Shown: positions 56,322 through 64,000 of the stretch, piece after piece | How positions within the stretch are numbered: position 1 is the stretch's first letter | How the letters are laid out: every line of letters starts with the position of its first letter | Source of the DNA: Candidatus Bipolaricaulota bacterium | GTDB lineage: Bacteria > Bipolaricaulota > Bipolaricaulia > RBG-16-55-9 > DRXL01 | DNA length: 64,000 bases | Direction: 5' to 3' | NCBI GenBank assembly: GCA_025060395.1 | Contig: JANXCC010000001.1 | Span: 42,538-106,537 of the forward strand | Made by a program: the position numbers and the translations under genes | The notes under the pieces: generated by a model | The model's database searches: none | Told to the model about the DNA's origin: nothing | The model's input: only the letters and a program-made list of their open reading frames with translations

Positions 56322-58643
56322 ATGGTACAGGAGATCAGCACGGCCAAGACCACCGCGATTGCTCCGGAGACCATTGAGTTCTTCGGAGGCGATGAACTCC
56401 GCATCCGATGCTTTTTAGATAAATACGCCCTGCGCGATCTGTCGGGAAAGATCATCGAGAAGACGCCCTTGGAGATGTGGGAACGCGTAGCCCGTGAGAT
56501 AGCATCTGTCGAGACGGACGCGAAGAAGCGCCGCGAGTGGGAGAAGAGATTCTATTGGCTCTTAGAAGACTTCCGCTTCATTCCTGGCGGGCGGATTATG
56601 TTTGGTGCAGGGCAGCCACGCCGCGCTACACTTTTGAACTGCTACGTGATCCCAATCAAAGAAGACTCTATTGAAGGGATCTTCGAGTGGTGCAAAGAAG
56701 CCGCGCGCACATACTCTTTCGGCGGTGGCGTGGGAACCGATATCTCCATTCTGAGGCCCAAGGGCACTCCCGTCAACAATTCGGCGATCTACTCTTCGGG
56801 ATCTGTGAGCTTCATGGAACTCTTCTCTACGACGACGGGCACGATCGGCCAAGCGGGGCGGAGGGGCGCTCTGATGATCACGATTAGCGTTGATCATCCT
56901 GACATCTTGGATTTTATCGAGATCAAGAACGATCCGGAGCGCCGCAGAGTCCAGTATGCGAACATCAGCGTGCGTGTGACCGACGAATTTATGAGGGCCG
57001 TTGAGCGCGACGCCAACTTCCTGCTACGCTACGAGAGCGACAGGGTCGGGCGCATAGAGAAGCATGTGCGGGCGCGGGAGATCTGGGAGAAGCTCGTGAA
57101 GAACGCCTGGGCGAGCGCTGAGCCGGGTGTGATCTTCTGGGACACGATCAAGCGCGAGTCGACCACAGAGTACAACGGCATGGAAGTGATCACGACCAAC
57201 CCCTGCAGCGAGATCCCCCTGGAAGCTTACGGGGCATGCTGCTTGGGCAATATTAACCTATCAAAGTTTGTGCTGGACAGCTTCACACCCAAGGCGCGCA
57301 TGGACTGGGTCAATCTCGAGAAAGCCCTGCGCTACGCAGTGCGCTTCCTGGATAATGTCCTCGACTATAACGTCGACAAGCACCCATTGCCGGCCCAGCG
57401 CGAGGCGTCGCTGCGCTCGCGCAGAATCGGGGTCGGCTTTACCGGCTTTGGAGACATGCTCATCAAGCTCAATTTAAAGTACGATACCGAAGAGGCGATC
57501 GAATTTACGGATAAGCTCTTTGAGCGCATCAAGCATATCGTCTATGACGAGAGCACTGAGTTGGCCGTCGAGAAGGGGACCTTCCCGGCATTCGACTGTG
57601 AGAAGCATCTGAAGAGCGCGTTCATTAGGCGTCTGGATGCGTCCCTCATAGAGAAGATCAAGAAGAACGGGCTGCGGAACGCGGCACTTCTGACGGTGCC
57701 ACCGGTTGGCTCTGGCTCAGTGCTTGCGGGATGTTCTTCGGGAATCGAGCCGATCTTCTCGCTCAGCTATGTGCGCAAGTCCAAGTCGCTCAGCAAGGAC
57801 GAATTTGAAGTGAGCCACCCCTTGGTGCGTGAGTACATGGAGAAGATGAGGCTCTCAAATCTCCAAGAGCTCCCCAAGACCTTCGTCACGGCGCACGAGA
57901 TCGAACCCATTATGAGAGTTCGCATGCAAGCGACGATTCAAAAGCACATTGATCACGCGATCTCCAGCACGGTCAACCTGGCCAAGGACGTCTCACCGGA
58001 GACGATCGGGGATATCTATTTCGAGGCTTGGAAGGCCGGTTGCAAGGGGATCACGGTCTACAGGGAGGGCTCGCGCGAGGGCATTCTCTTGACGAAAGAA
58101 GCAGCCAAGGAGAGCGAAAAACCCGCGCGCGCGACGCTGGCTCCGCGCCCGCGCCCCAAGGTCGTCAAGGGTAAGACCTACCGAATGAAGACGGAGCTGG
58201 GCACGGTCTTCATAACGGTCAACGAAGACGATGAAGGGATCTTTGAGGTCTTCGTGCAGGGGCTAGGGAAGTCTGGCACGTCCACGGCGGCGTTCACTGA
58301 AGCGATTGGGCGCTTGATCTCGCTCGCCTTGCGATCAGGAGTCAAGCCCAGCGCGATCATCGATCAACTTAGTTTGATTCGCGGCTCACGCCCCGTAGTA
58401 CAAGAGGACGGCACAGTCGTCTTCTCCGTGCCCGATGCGGTTGCCAAAGCCATCGCAGAGTACCTGCGCGGTGGTGAGCAATTGACGCTCATAGAGGGAG
58501 TGAAACCGAGACCAGTACCTCCTCCCTCCAATGGCCATGACACTAAGCGGGACGTCGAACTCTGTCCCAGCTGCGGCGGGGTCTTAATCTTCACTAATGG
58601 CTGCTACATCTGCAGCGACTGCGGTTTCTCGGAATGTGATTGA
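56322..58643 (+). CDS. nrdJ: class II (adenosylcobalamin) ribonucleotide reductase with C-terminal TSCPD/Zn-ribbon region
   Basis: PGGRI, LLNCY, RRGALM, TNPCSE, GCKGITVYR, CPSCG...CSDCGFSEC; no beta subunit nearby. Confidence 0.93.
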   Translation: MVQEISTAKTTAIAPETIEFFGGDELRIRCFLDKYALRDLSGKIIEKTPLEMWERVAREIASVETDAKKRREWEKRFYWLLEDFRFIPGGRIMFGAGQPRRATLLNCYVIPIKEDSIEGIFEWCKEAARTYSFGGGVGTDISILRPKGTPVNNSAIYSSGSVSFMELFSTTTGTIGQAGRRGALMITISVDHPDILDFIEIKNDPERRRVQYANISVRVTDEFMRAVERDANFLLRYESDRVGRIEKHVRAREIWEKLVKNAWASAEPGVIFWDTIKRESTTEYNGMEVITTNPCSEIPLEAYGACCLGNINLSKFVLDSFTPKARMDWVNLEKALRYAVRFLDNVLDYNVDKHPLPAQREASLRSRRIGVGFTGFGDMLIKLNLKYDTEEAIEFTDKLFERIKHIVYDESTELAVEKGTFPAFDCEKHLKSAFIRRLDASLIEKIKKNGLRNAALLTVPPVGSGSVLAGCSSGIEPIFSLSYVRKSKSLSKDEFEVSHPLVREYMEKMRLSNLQELPKTFVTAHEIEPIMRVRMQATIQKHIDHAISSTVNLAKDVSPETIGDIYFEAWKAGCKGITVYREGSREGILLTKEAAKESEKPARATLAPRPRPKVVKGKTYRMKTELGTVFITVNEDDEGIFEVFVQGLGKSGTSTAAFTEAIGRLISLALRSGVKPSAIIDQLSLIRGSRPVVQEDGTVVFSVPDAVAKAIAEYLRGGEQLTLIEGVKPRPVPPPSNGHDTKRDVELCPSCGGVLIFTNGCYICSDCGFSECD

Positions 58644-58716
58644 GCTGCTTTCGGTGCTGGTGGGAGGCCCTCATCCTCTAAAATTATAAGGGGGATGAGG
58701 GCTGCAAATCTTCTCT

Positions 58717-59520
58717 ATGCCTGAGCTTCCCGAAGTTGAAACGCTTCGTCGTGCCTTGGCCAGAGAGCTTGAAGGATGCAGACTGAAAGCGCTAAAAATT
58801 TATGAGCCGCGTCTGCTCCAGAATACCTCGGAGCAGGAACTGCAGCAAGTGCTTATAGGTAGTCGTTTGCGCGCGGTGAAGCGTCGTGCGAAGTTCCTGC
58901 TCTTCGATTTCGGAAGGCATACAGCTATCCTACACTTGCGCATGACAGGCTGGCTTGCGCTCCATCCTATAGCGAACCCGCGTTTCTGCTTTGAGTTTGT
59001 CGAAAACAAAACCCTCTATCTTCACGATACGCGGCGCTTGGCGACGCTCTATCTGGTGCCAAGCACGCGTGTCAACAAGCTTCCCCCGCTCTGCAAGCTT
59101 GGTATTGAGCCATTCCAGCCTAGCTACACCTTTGAGAATTTCATCGCGCTCTTGCAGACAGACCAAGAGATCAAAAGGCTCCTCCTTGATCAACGCAAGA
59201 TCGCAGGGATTGGGAATATCTACGCCTGCGAAGCGCTCTTTGCTAGCAAGATTCATCCCCAGCGTCCGGCTAAGAGCCTCTCTCGTTTGGAAGCACGAAG
59301 GCTCTTTACTCAGATCGATAAGATTCTTATGCGCGCGCTTGCAGAGCAGGGAACTTCGGTGAGAACATATAGAGGGCTGATGGGTGAACCCGGGGGCTTT
59401 CAAAATTTTTTGAAAGTCTATGATCGCGCAGGCAAGCCGTGTGTACGCTGCCGCGCGAAGATCGTGCGCATCATGCAGAGCGGGCGAGGGACGTACTTCT
59501 GCCCACACTGCCAAAAATAA
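58717..59520 (+). CDS. mutM: formamidopyrimidine-DNA glycosylase
   Basis: MPELPEVE, HLRMTG, LLDQRKIAGIGNIY, Zn finger CVRC...CPHCQ. Confidence 0.96.
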   Translation: MPELPEVETLRRALARELEGCRLKALKIYEPRLLQNTSEQELQQVLIGSRLRAVKRRAKFLLFDFGRHTAILHLRMTGWLALHPIANPRFCFEFVENKTLYLHDTRRLATLYLVPSTRVNKLPPLCKLGIEPFQPSYTFENFIALLQTDQEIKRLLLDQRKIAGIGNIYACEALFASKIHPQRPAKSLSRLEARRLFTQIDKILMRALAEQGTSVRTYRGLMGEPGGFQNFLKVYDRAGKPCVRCRAKIVRIMQSGRGTYFCPHCQK

Positions 59521-59523
59521 GAA

Positions 59524-59551
59524 CGCCCTCACCCTTATCGAGTGAGGGCGT
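59524..59551. terminator. hairpin between convergent genes
   Basis: ACGCCCTCAC/GTGAGGGCGT stem. Confidence 0.6.
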
Positions 59552-59569
59552 GTCTTTGGCAGACTCTTC

Positions 59570-61705
59570 TTATCTAAGATCTATGTACGCGATATCGCCA
59601 CACAAGGTCACTGTCTTGCCCGCTGATATGTCGTACTCCGTACGCGTGCTACCGTCGGCGAGAGTCATGCGGATACGTTGAGCCTCCGCGCTGTTATTCG
59701 TGTAAACGAAGCAACCATCGGTGCTGCGCTCGCTCCGCGCCCACGCTGATGGATTGGCAAACTCTACTTTGCTGAGGATGAGAGCGATCAGCTCTCCTGT
59801 GGGAGCACCCTCGGTGATCTGAATCTCGATAGGGACGGAGAACGGGCTGTTCTGCGCCCTCTCAGCCGTGATGGTGATCTCGCTCTGGTGCGTCCCTACG
59901 GCTAACCCAGCAGTATCCACGCTCACGTGGAGGACGGCTTGCCCGATCCCTTGAGTCGCCGAGAGCTTCACGAAAGCCGCCTGCGCTTGCGCTGTCCAGA
60001 TGAGATCGCCCGCGCCTAGGTTCGCGATCTCTAAGAGTTGCGGGGCAGGAGCCGGACCGTTCGCTTGCGCCACGAACTTCAGCTTCTCCGGAAAGACCCC
60101 AATGATCACGTCAGCAGGCTTTTCTTCTTGGAGCGGCTCACCAAGAGCGATACGCCCAAGCCCATACGTGTTATCCGGGCCATCGTCGCCACGATCAACG
60201 GCACGCGACGCGAGAAAGTCCGCGATCTCCTTGGGACCCCACTGAGGCCGAGCGCTCTTAACGAGGGCGGCAGCACCAGCGACGTGAGGACTAGCAGCAG
60301 ACGTCCCAAAGAACTGGCGAAAGCTCACGGTGCGCACGCCATCAGGGGCAACGAAATCGGGCTTGATCCTCCCATCCTTTGTCGGCCCGCGTGAGCTGTA
60401 GCGTCGCGCAGAATCGTTGCGAAAATCCACAGCGCCGACGCTGTACGCACTGGGAGATATGGCCGGTTCAAAGATCCCGACGCTCCCTTCCCAAACCGCG
60501 TACTCCGGCTCGAACTCCACGACCGTGAGATCCAACCGCGCCGTAGGCTTGGTCGCTGAACGCTGTCGAATCTTGAGATGATAGCGTCCTGACTCCCGCG
60601 GAGTGAAGATGAGTAAGCGCGAGGGCCAGCCCAGACGCAGTTGCCCTCCGCTGGAACGACGCCGATCCGCGTCATCGAAGAGAAGCAGTTCATAATTCTC
60701 GGTCGCTTGGCCACACTTGTCCTCCCAGCCCAGCACAGCGATAACCCTGCTCCCCTCTTGAGCCTCGACCTCGATGGTGAGCCCTTCATCGTCTCCTAAG
60801 AAGTTATGGAATCCATCTCTGTCGGGATCGTCGAAGATCCCCTGCCAATGCTCCGTCGCATGGTTGCCCACGGAGACCGCCCAAAAGATCCCTGCATCTC
60901 GAGCCTTCTTGACGATGGGCTCGATGAGTCCCGTCCCCTCCCAGGGACAGCCCGTCCCTAAGAAGTTAAACGACGTATTGATCACGTGCACGCCCTCGGA
61001 GATCAGAAAATCTATAGCTCGCCCCAGCTGAACGTCCGAGTCGAAGTTCACCAGATAGAATGTGGCCTCAGGGACTAGATCGTAGACGATCTCCGCTACG
61101 GCAGTGCCATGGCGCTGATTGGCTTCGATATTTTCTTCGCGGGTGAACGAGCGCACGATGACGCGCTCGGCCGGAGGCAGCTCGCTCCCCAAGAGTCGCT
61201 TATAGCCCATAAAGCCAGCATCAATAATAGCGACCTTTACCCCTTGGCCCTTGATCCCGGCTTCATGCCACAAATTGGCCCCGATGACCCGCACGCCCTC
61301 ACTGACAGAGCCGCCTTGCTCCCAAAGGGGCACAAATGGTGTGCGCACCCAGGAGACAGAGCTCAGCTCAGCGAGCGCGTTCACAGCTTTTATCGGCACA
61401 AACGCTTGGACGAGATTCTCATAGACAGCCTCGACATGCCCACCGAGCATTGCCACACGGGCTTGAATACCCTGCACCTCAGACGCCTCAGTCGCTTCGA
61501 GCACGAGGCGCACCTTACCGGCCTTTAAGTCTTCGGGATTGTTGGCCGGCAGCGAGGGAAGCTCCAATCCCGACTCGAACGCCGTCAAGCTCTCAGCTAA
61601 GAGCTCTTGGATCTTGAGCGAGCGCCCCTCGTGCGCCTGATAATTAGGGAAGACAACAGCCGACATCGCAATGAGCAGAACCCCAAGAGCAAAAACTCTT
61701 CTCAT
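59570..61705 (-). CDS. secreted S8 subtilisin-like serine protease with BACON-like C-terminal domain
   Basis: Catalytic triad motifs IIDAGF, HGTAVA, GTSAASP; SSRGPTKDGRIKPD; SD AAGGAG before MRRVFA. Confidence 0.92.
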   Translation of the reverse strand: MRRVFALGVLLIAMSAVVFPNYQAHEGRSLKIQELLAESLTAFESGLELPSLPANNPEDLKAGKVRLVLEATEASEVQGIQARVAMLGGHVEAVYENLVQAFVPIKAVNALAELSSVSWVRTPFVPLWEQGGSVSEGVRVIGANLWHEAGIKGQGVKVAIIDAGFMGYKRLLGSELPPAERVIVRSFTREENIEANQRHGTAVAEIVYDLVPEATFYLVNFDSDVQLGRAIDFLISEGVHVINTSFNFLGTGCPWEGTGLIEPIVKKARDAGIFWAVSVGNHATEHWQGIFDDPDRDGFHNFLGDDEGLTIEVEAQEGSRVIAVLGWEDKCGQATENYELLLFDDADRRRSSGGQLRLGWPSRLLIFTPRESGRYHLKIRQRSATKPTARLDLTVVEFEPEYAVWEGSVGIFEPAISPSAYSVGAVDFRNDSARRYSSRGPTKDGRIKPDFVAPDGVRTVSFRQFFGTSAASPHVAGAAALVKSARPQWGPKEIADFLASRAVDRGDDGPDNTYGLGRIALGEPLQEEKPADVIIGVFPEKLKFVAQANGPAPAPQLLEIANLGAGDLIWTAQAQAAFVKLSATQGIGQAVLHVSVDTAGLAVGTHQSEITITAERAQNSPFSVPIEIQITEGAPTGELIALILSKVEFANPSAWARSERSTDGCFVYTNNSAEAQRIRMTLADGSTRTEYDISAGKTVTLCGDIAYIDLR

Positions 61706-61760
61706 GTACTTCAACTCCTTGTTGTACTATAAAATTCGCCGTTATTATACCAAAAGAATG

Positions 61761-62201
61761 TCATCTGTTGTCGAGCTTAGGCCGCAGAGGCAATCGAATA
61801 AACTCAATATGCGGGTGTTTCGCCAGTTTGAGCAACGCCTTGATGGGAACGAGCGCTTGCAGCTGATTCTCATAGTCGGCTTCTACGGTGCCGTCGAGCG
61901 CCTCTACGGCCCAGCGCAGCTCTTCCAACGCTTCGGGGCTGACGGCCTCAATTACGACGACGACCTTGCCGTCTTTCACGTCTTGCTCAAAGCCATGTTC
62001 TTTAGAGAACAGAGCGGGATCGGGAGCGGAGATCAACAAGACTAAGCGCTCTTGCAGCCTGGGATAATCATCAGGGTTGAGGATCACCCTGGGCTCTGCT
62101 GGGGATGGCGTTGGGCTAGGACGCGTCGAGATGTACCACAACGCCCCGATAATGAGCACAAGCCCGATGAGTACCACAAAAAAACTCGCAGTCTTCTGCA
62201 T
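61761..62201 (-). CDS. membrane-anchored stand-alone subtilase propeptide homolog
   Basis: TM helix + Pro linker + domain aligning to the adjacent protease prodomain (GKV...IEA...VEAxYEN..QA.VPIKA). Confidence 0.75.
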   Translation of the reverse strand: MQKTASFFVVLIGLVLIIGALWYISTRPSPTPSPAEPRVILNPDDYPRLQERLVLLISAPDPALFSKEHGFEQDVKDGKVVVVIEAVSPEALEELRWAVEALDGTVEADYENQLQALVPIKALLKLAKHPHIEFIRLPLRPKLDNR

Positions 62202-62227
62202 AGAGGACCTCCTCTGATCGATGAGGG

Positions 62228-63541
62228 TTAGACCTTGCGCACAATGAGCTTGCCGTTCTCCAGGCGCTCGACGCGCACAGATTCACCGGGCTTGATTGGG
62301 GCATCTAGTGCTGTCGCTAACCAATACTCACCTTGGACAAAGACCATCCCTGTAGGGTTGAGCTCGTCACGAGCCGTGCCCACTGCTCCGATCATCCCTT
62401 CCTTGCCAGTGGCCACAGGCTTACGCTGAATCAATAGCCCCTTGGTCACCATGAAGACAAAGAGCGCTGTGATCGCCCCAACGGTCACAAAGATATTGAT
62501 AGGAGAGATGCTGATCGCTGGGGCTTCAAAGCTCTCGATATCAAAGAGCATAAACGACCCGATCAACAGCGAGATCACGCCGCCCACCGTCAGCGCCAAG
62601 TGCGTCGATGCGAAGACATCAATGACCATTAAAGCCACACCCAAGAGAATGAACGCCAAGCCCACAACGTTAAACGGCAAGACCTGCAAGCCTAACAACG
62701 CTAGTAAGAGACAGATGGCCCCGCCGATTCCCACCCCAAACCCCGGCGTGAAGAACTCCGCGACTAGGGCGTAAATCCCTATCGTCAACAACAGATAGAC
62801 GACATTCGGATCGGCTAGGTAGTTCATCACTTGCTCTTTGAGAGTGCGCTCATAGACCTTGATGGGCACCCCTAAGGTATGGAGCTGGATCGTCTGGCCG
62901 TCGCGCTGGAATTGATAGCCATCGAGACGGTTCAGCAACTCTTCACGGCTGTTTGCAATTAAGTTGATGATATTATGCTCGAGCGCTTCGCGAGCTGTCA
63001 GTGACTTACCCTCCAACACGAACTTTTCTGCCCACTCCTTGGATCGCCCGCGCTTCTCAGCTATTTTTCGCGCCTCCGAGGCGACAAACTCCATGATTTT
63101 CTTGCGCGCGGGATCGTCTTGGTTGGGCTGGTCGCCCTCGCTTGGTGCGAGGGAGACCGGCGTCGAAGAACCGATGTTCGTCCCCTCGGCCATCGCTGCG
63201 ATGTCAGCAGCCAGTGTGATGAACGCCCCAGCAGAGGCTGCGCGCGCTCCCCCTGGCCCAACCCAAATCACTATAGGAATGGGAGCATTCAAGATCGCCG
63301 TGACCATATCTTTAGTAGATTCTAAGAGCCCGCCAGGAGTGTCTAGGCGAACGACTAGGAACGAAGCGCCATCGCGGTGTGCTTCGGTGATGACGCGCAG
63401 CAGAAAGTCCTTCGTGATGGGATTGATGGAGCTGTTAAGTTCTGCGTAAGCGATGAACGACGGAGGATCTTGGGGCTGGCCCAGGGCAAGGGCGGCTCCC
63501 AATCCCAGCGAACATATGGCGAGTGCCCATCGGTAGCACAT
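62228..63541 (-). CDS. nfeD: NfeD long form (membrane-bound serine protease domain, TM region, OB-fold)
   Basis: LDTPGGL, AASAGAFI, TNIGSSTP, GKEGMIG, VQGEYW. Confidence 0.92.
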   Translation of the reverse strand: MCYRWALAICSLGLGAALALGQPQDPPSFIAYAELNSSINPITKDFLLRVITEAHRDGASFLVVRLDTPGGLLESTKDMVTAILNAPIPIVIWVGPGGARAASAGAFITLAADIAAMAEGTNIGSSTPVSLAPSEGDQPNQDDPARKKIMEFVASEARKIAEKRGRSKEWAEKFVLEGKSLTAREALEHNIINLIANSREELLNRLDGYQFQRDGQTIQLHTLGVPIKVYERTLKEQVMNYLADPNVVYLLLTIGIYALVAEFFTPGFGVGIGGAICLLLALLGLQVLPFNVVGLAFILLGVALMVIDVFASTHLALTVGGVISLLIGSFMLFDIESFEAPAISISPINIFVTVGAITALFVFMVTKGLLIQRKPVATGKEGMIGAVGTARDELNPTGMVFVQGEYWLATALDAPIKPGESVRVERLENGKLIVRKV

Positions 63542-63549
63542 AGAAGAGT

Positions 63550-63908
63550 TGGTGGAGGTGGCGGGAGTTGAACCCGCGTCCGAAGATGCTTTCGTTCGGC
63601 ATCTACAGGCTTAGTTCGGTGTTTTGCTTTAGGATTAGCCGCTCCCACCGAACAGGATCGGCTGATCCGAGCTCCATGTAGAGATTCCCGCACGCCCTGG
63701 AGCCGAGCGCGCGGTCAGCCCGTCTTGTCCCTCCCTCACGTGGGCCGACGGGCGGAGCCCTCGTGAGAGATGCTTCCCTTTAGTTCAGAGAAGCAGTGGC
63801 ATAAGCAAACGAGTTGGCACTTTTTGGCCAACGGCCGTTTTGAGGAGGTGGCCGCAACCTCCGCCTGCAGCCTCCCTGCCGCATCTCCGTCGAATCCAGT
63901 GCACCCCC
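63550..63908 (-). ncRNA. ssrA: tmRNA
   Basis: 5' GGGGGTG...GGATTCGAC; 3' GGGTTCAACTCCCGCCACCTCCACCA with G3.U wobble; about 359 nt; internal tag ORF. Confidence 0.95.
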
Positions 63909-63942
63909 ACTTGTCAAAGACCATGCGCTCTGGCGCTTTATA

Positions 63943-63970
63943 ATTATAGCAAAAAGTCAAGGAGTTTCAA
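63943..63970 (-). promoter_or_regulatory. tmRNA promoter
   Basis: TTGAAA-16nt-TATAAT with extended TG. Confidence 0.55.
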
Positions 63971-64000
63971 AGCCTTTGCTCATCACCGGGGCAAGATCGC

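Noticed and set aside
58667-59551. Similar GCCCTCA/TGAGGGC hairpins on both sides of mutM, considered as REP or mobile element ends
   Set aside because: Only two copies sharing a 7-bp core; adequately explained as terminator-like hairpins.
63355-63960. ORFs overlapping the tmRNA, and a possible integrated element at ssrA or the tRNAs
   Set aside because: The ORFs are tmRNA shadows; no integrase or duplicated 3' end was noticed.

Overview
GC-rich bacterial chromosomal segment. The gene content and the surface-protein families suggest a deep-branching lineage such as Bipolaricaulota/Acetothermia; this is inference and unverified. Housekeeping genes include hpf, rimI, thrS, metK, uppP, gatA, thiI, pgk, glmS, ftsH, dxr, ribE/ribBA/ribH, nrdJ, mutM, tRNA-Leu(CAG), tRNA-Gly(CCC) and tmRNA. 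Three accessory loci stand out. (1) 44982-52603 (-) is a single operon in which rnfC-D-G-E-A and an NqrF/RnfB chimera lie between the two halves of a split Rieske/cytochrome b complex. Subunit IV is fused to a [2Fe-2S] ferredoxin and the RnfC flavin/NAD motifs are eroded. The operon is flanked by a tetraheme cytochrome c, Fe-S maturation genes and riboflavin synthesis genes. It is the best candidate for an undescribed Rnf-bc hybrid respiratory complex. (2) 30699-37822 (+) is a non-canonical chaperone-usher-like pilus operon. (3) 5169-12695 (-) encodes secreted PKD/vWA proteins built from two recurring modules, one of which also occurs as a stand-alone gene. Smaller oddities are a stand-alone membrane-anchored subtilase propeptide homolog, a tmRNA tag ending -SLN, several candidate structured RNAs and apparently leaderless housekeeping genes. 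No CRISPR array or transposase was seen. All domain calls are by eye from motifs, without database searches.
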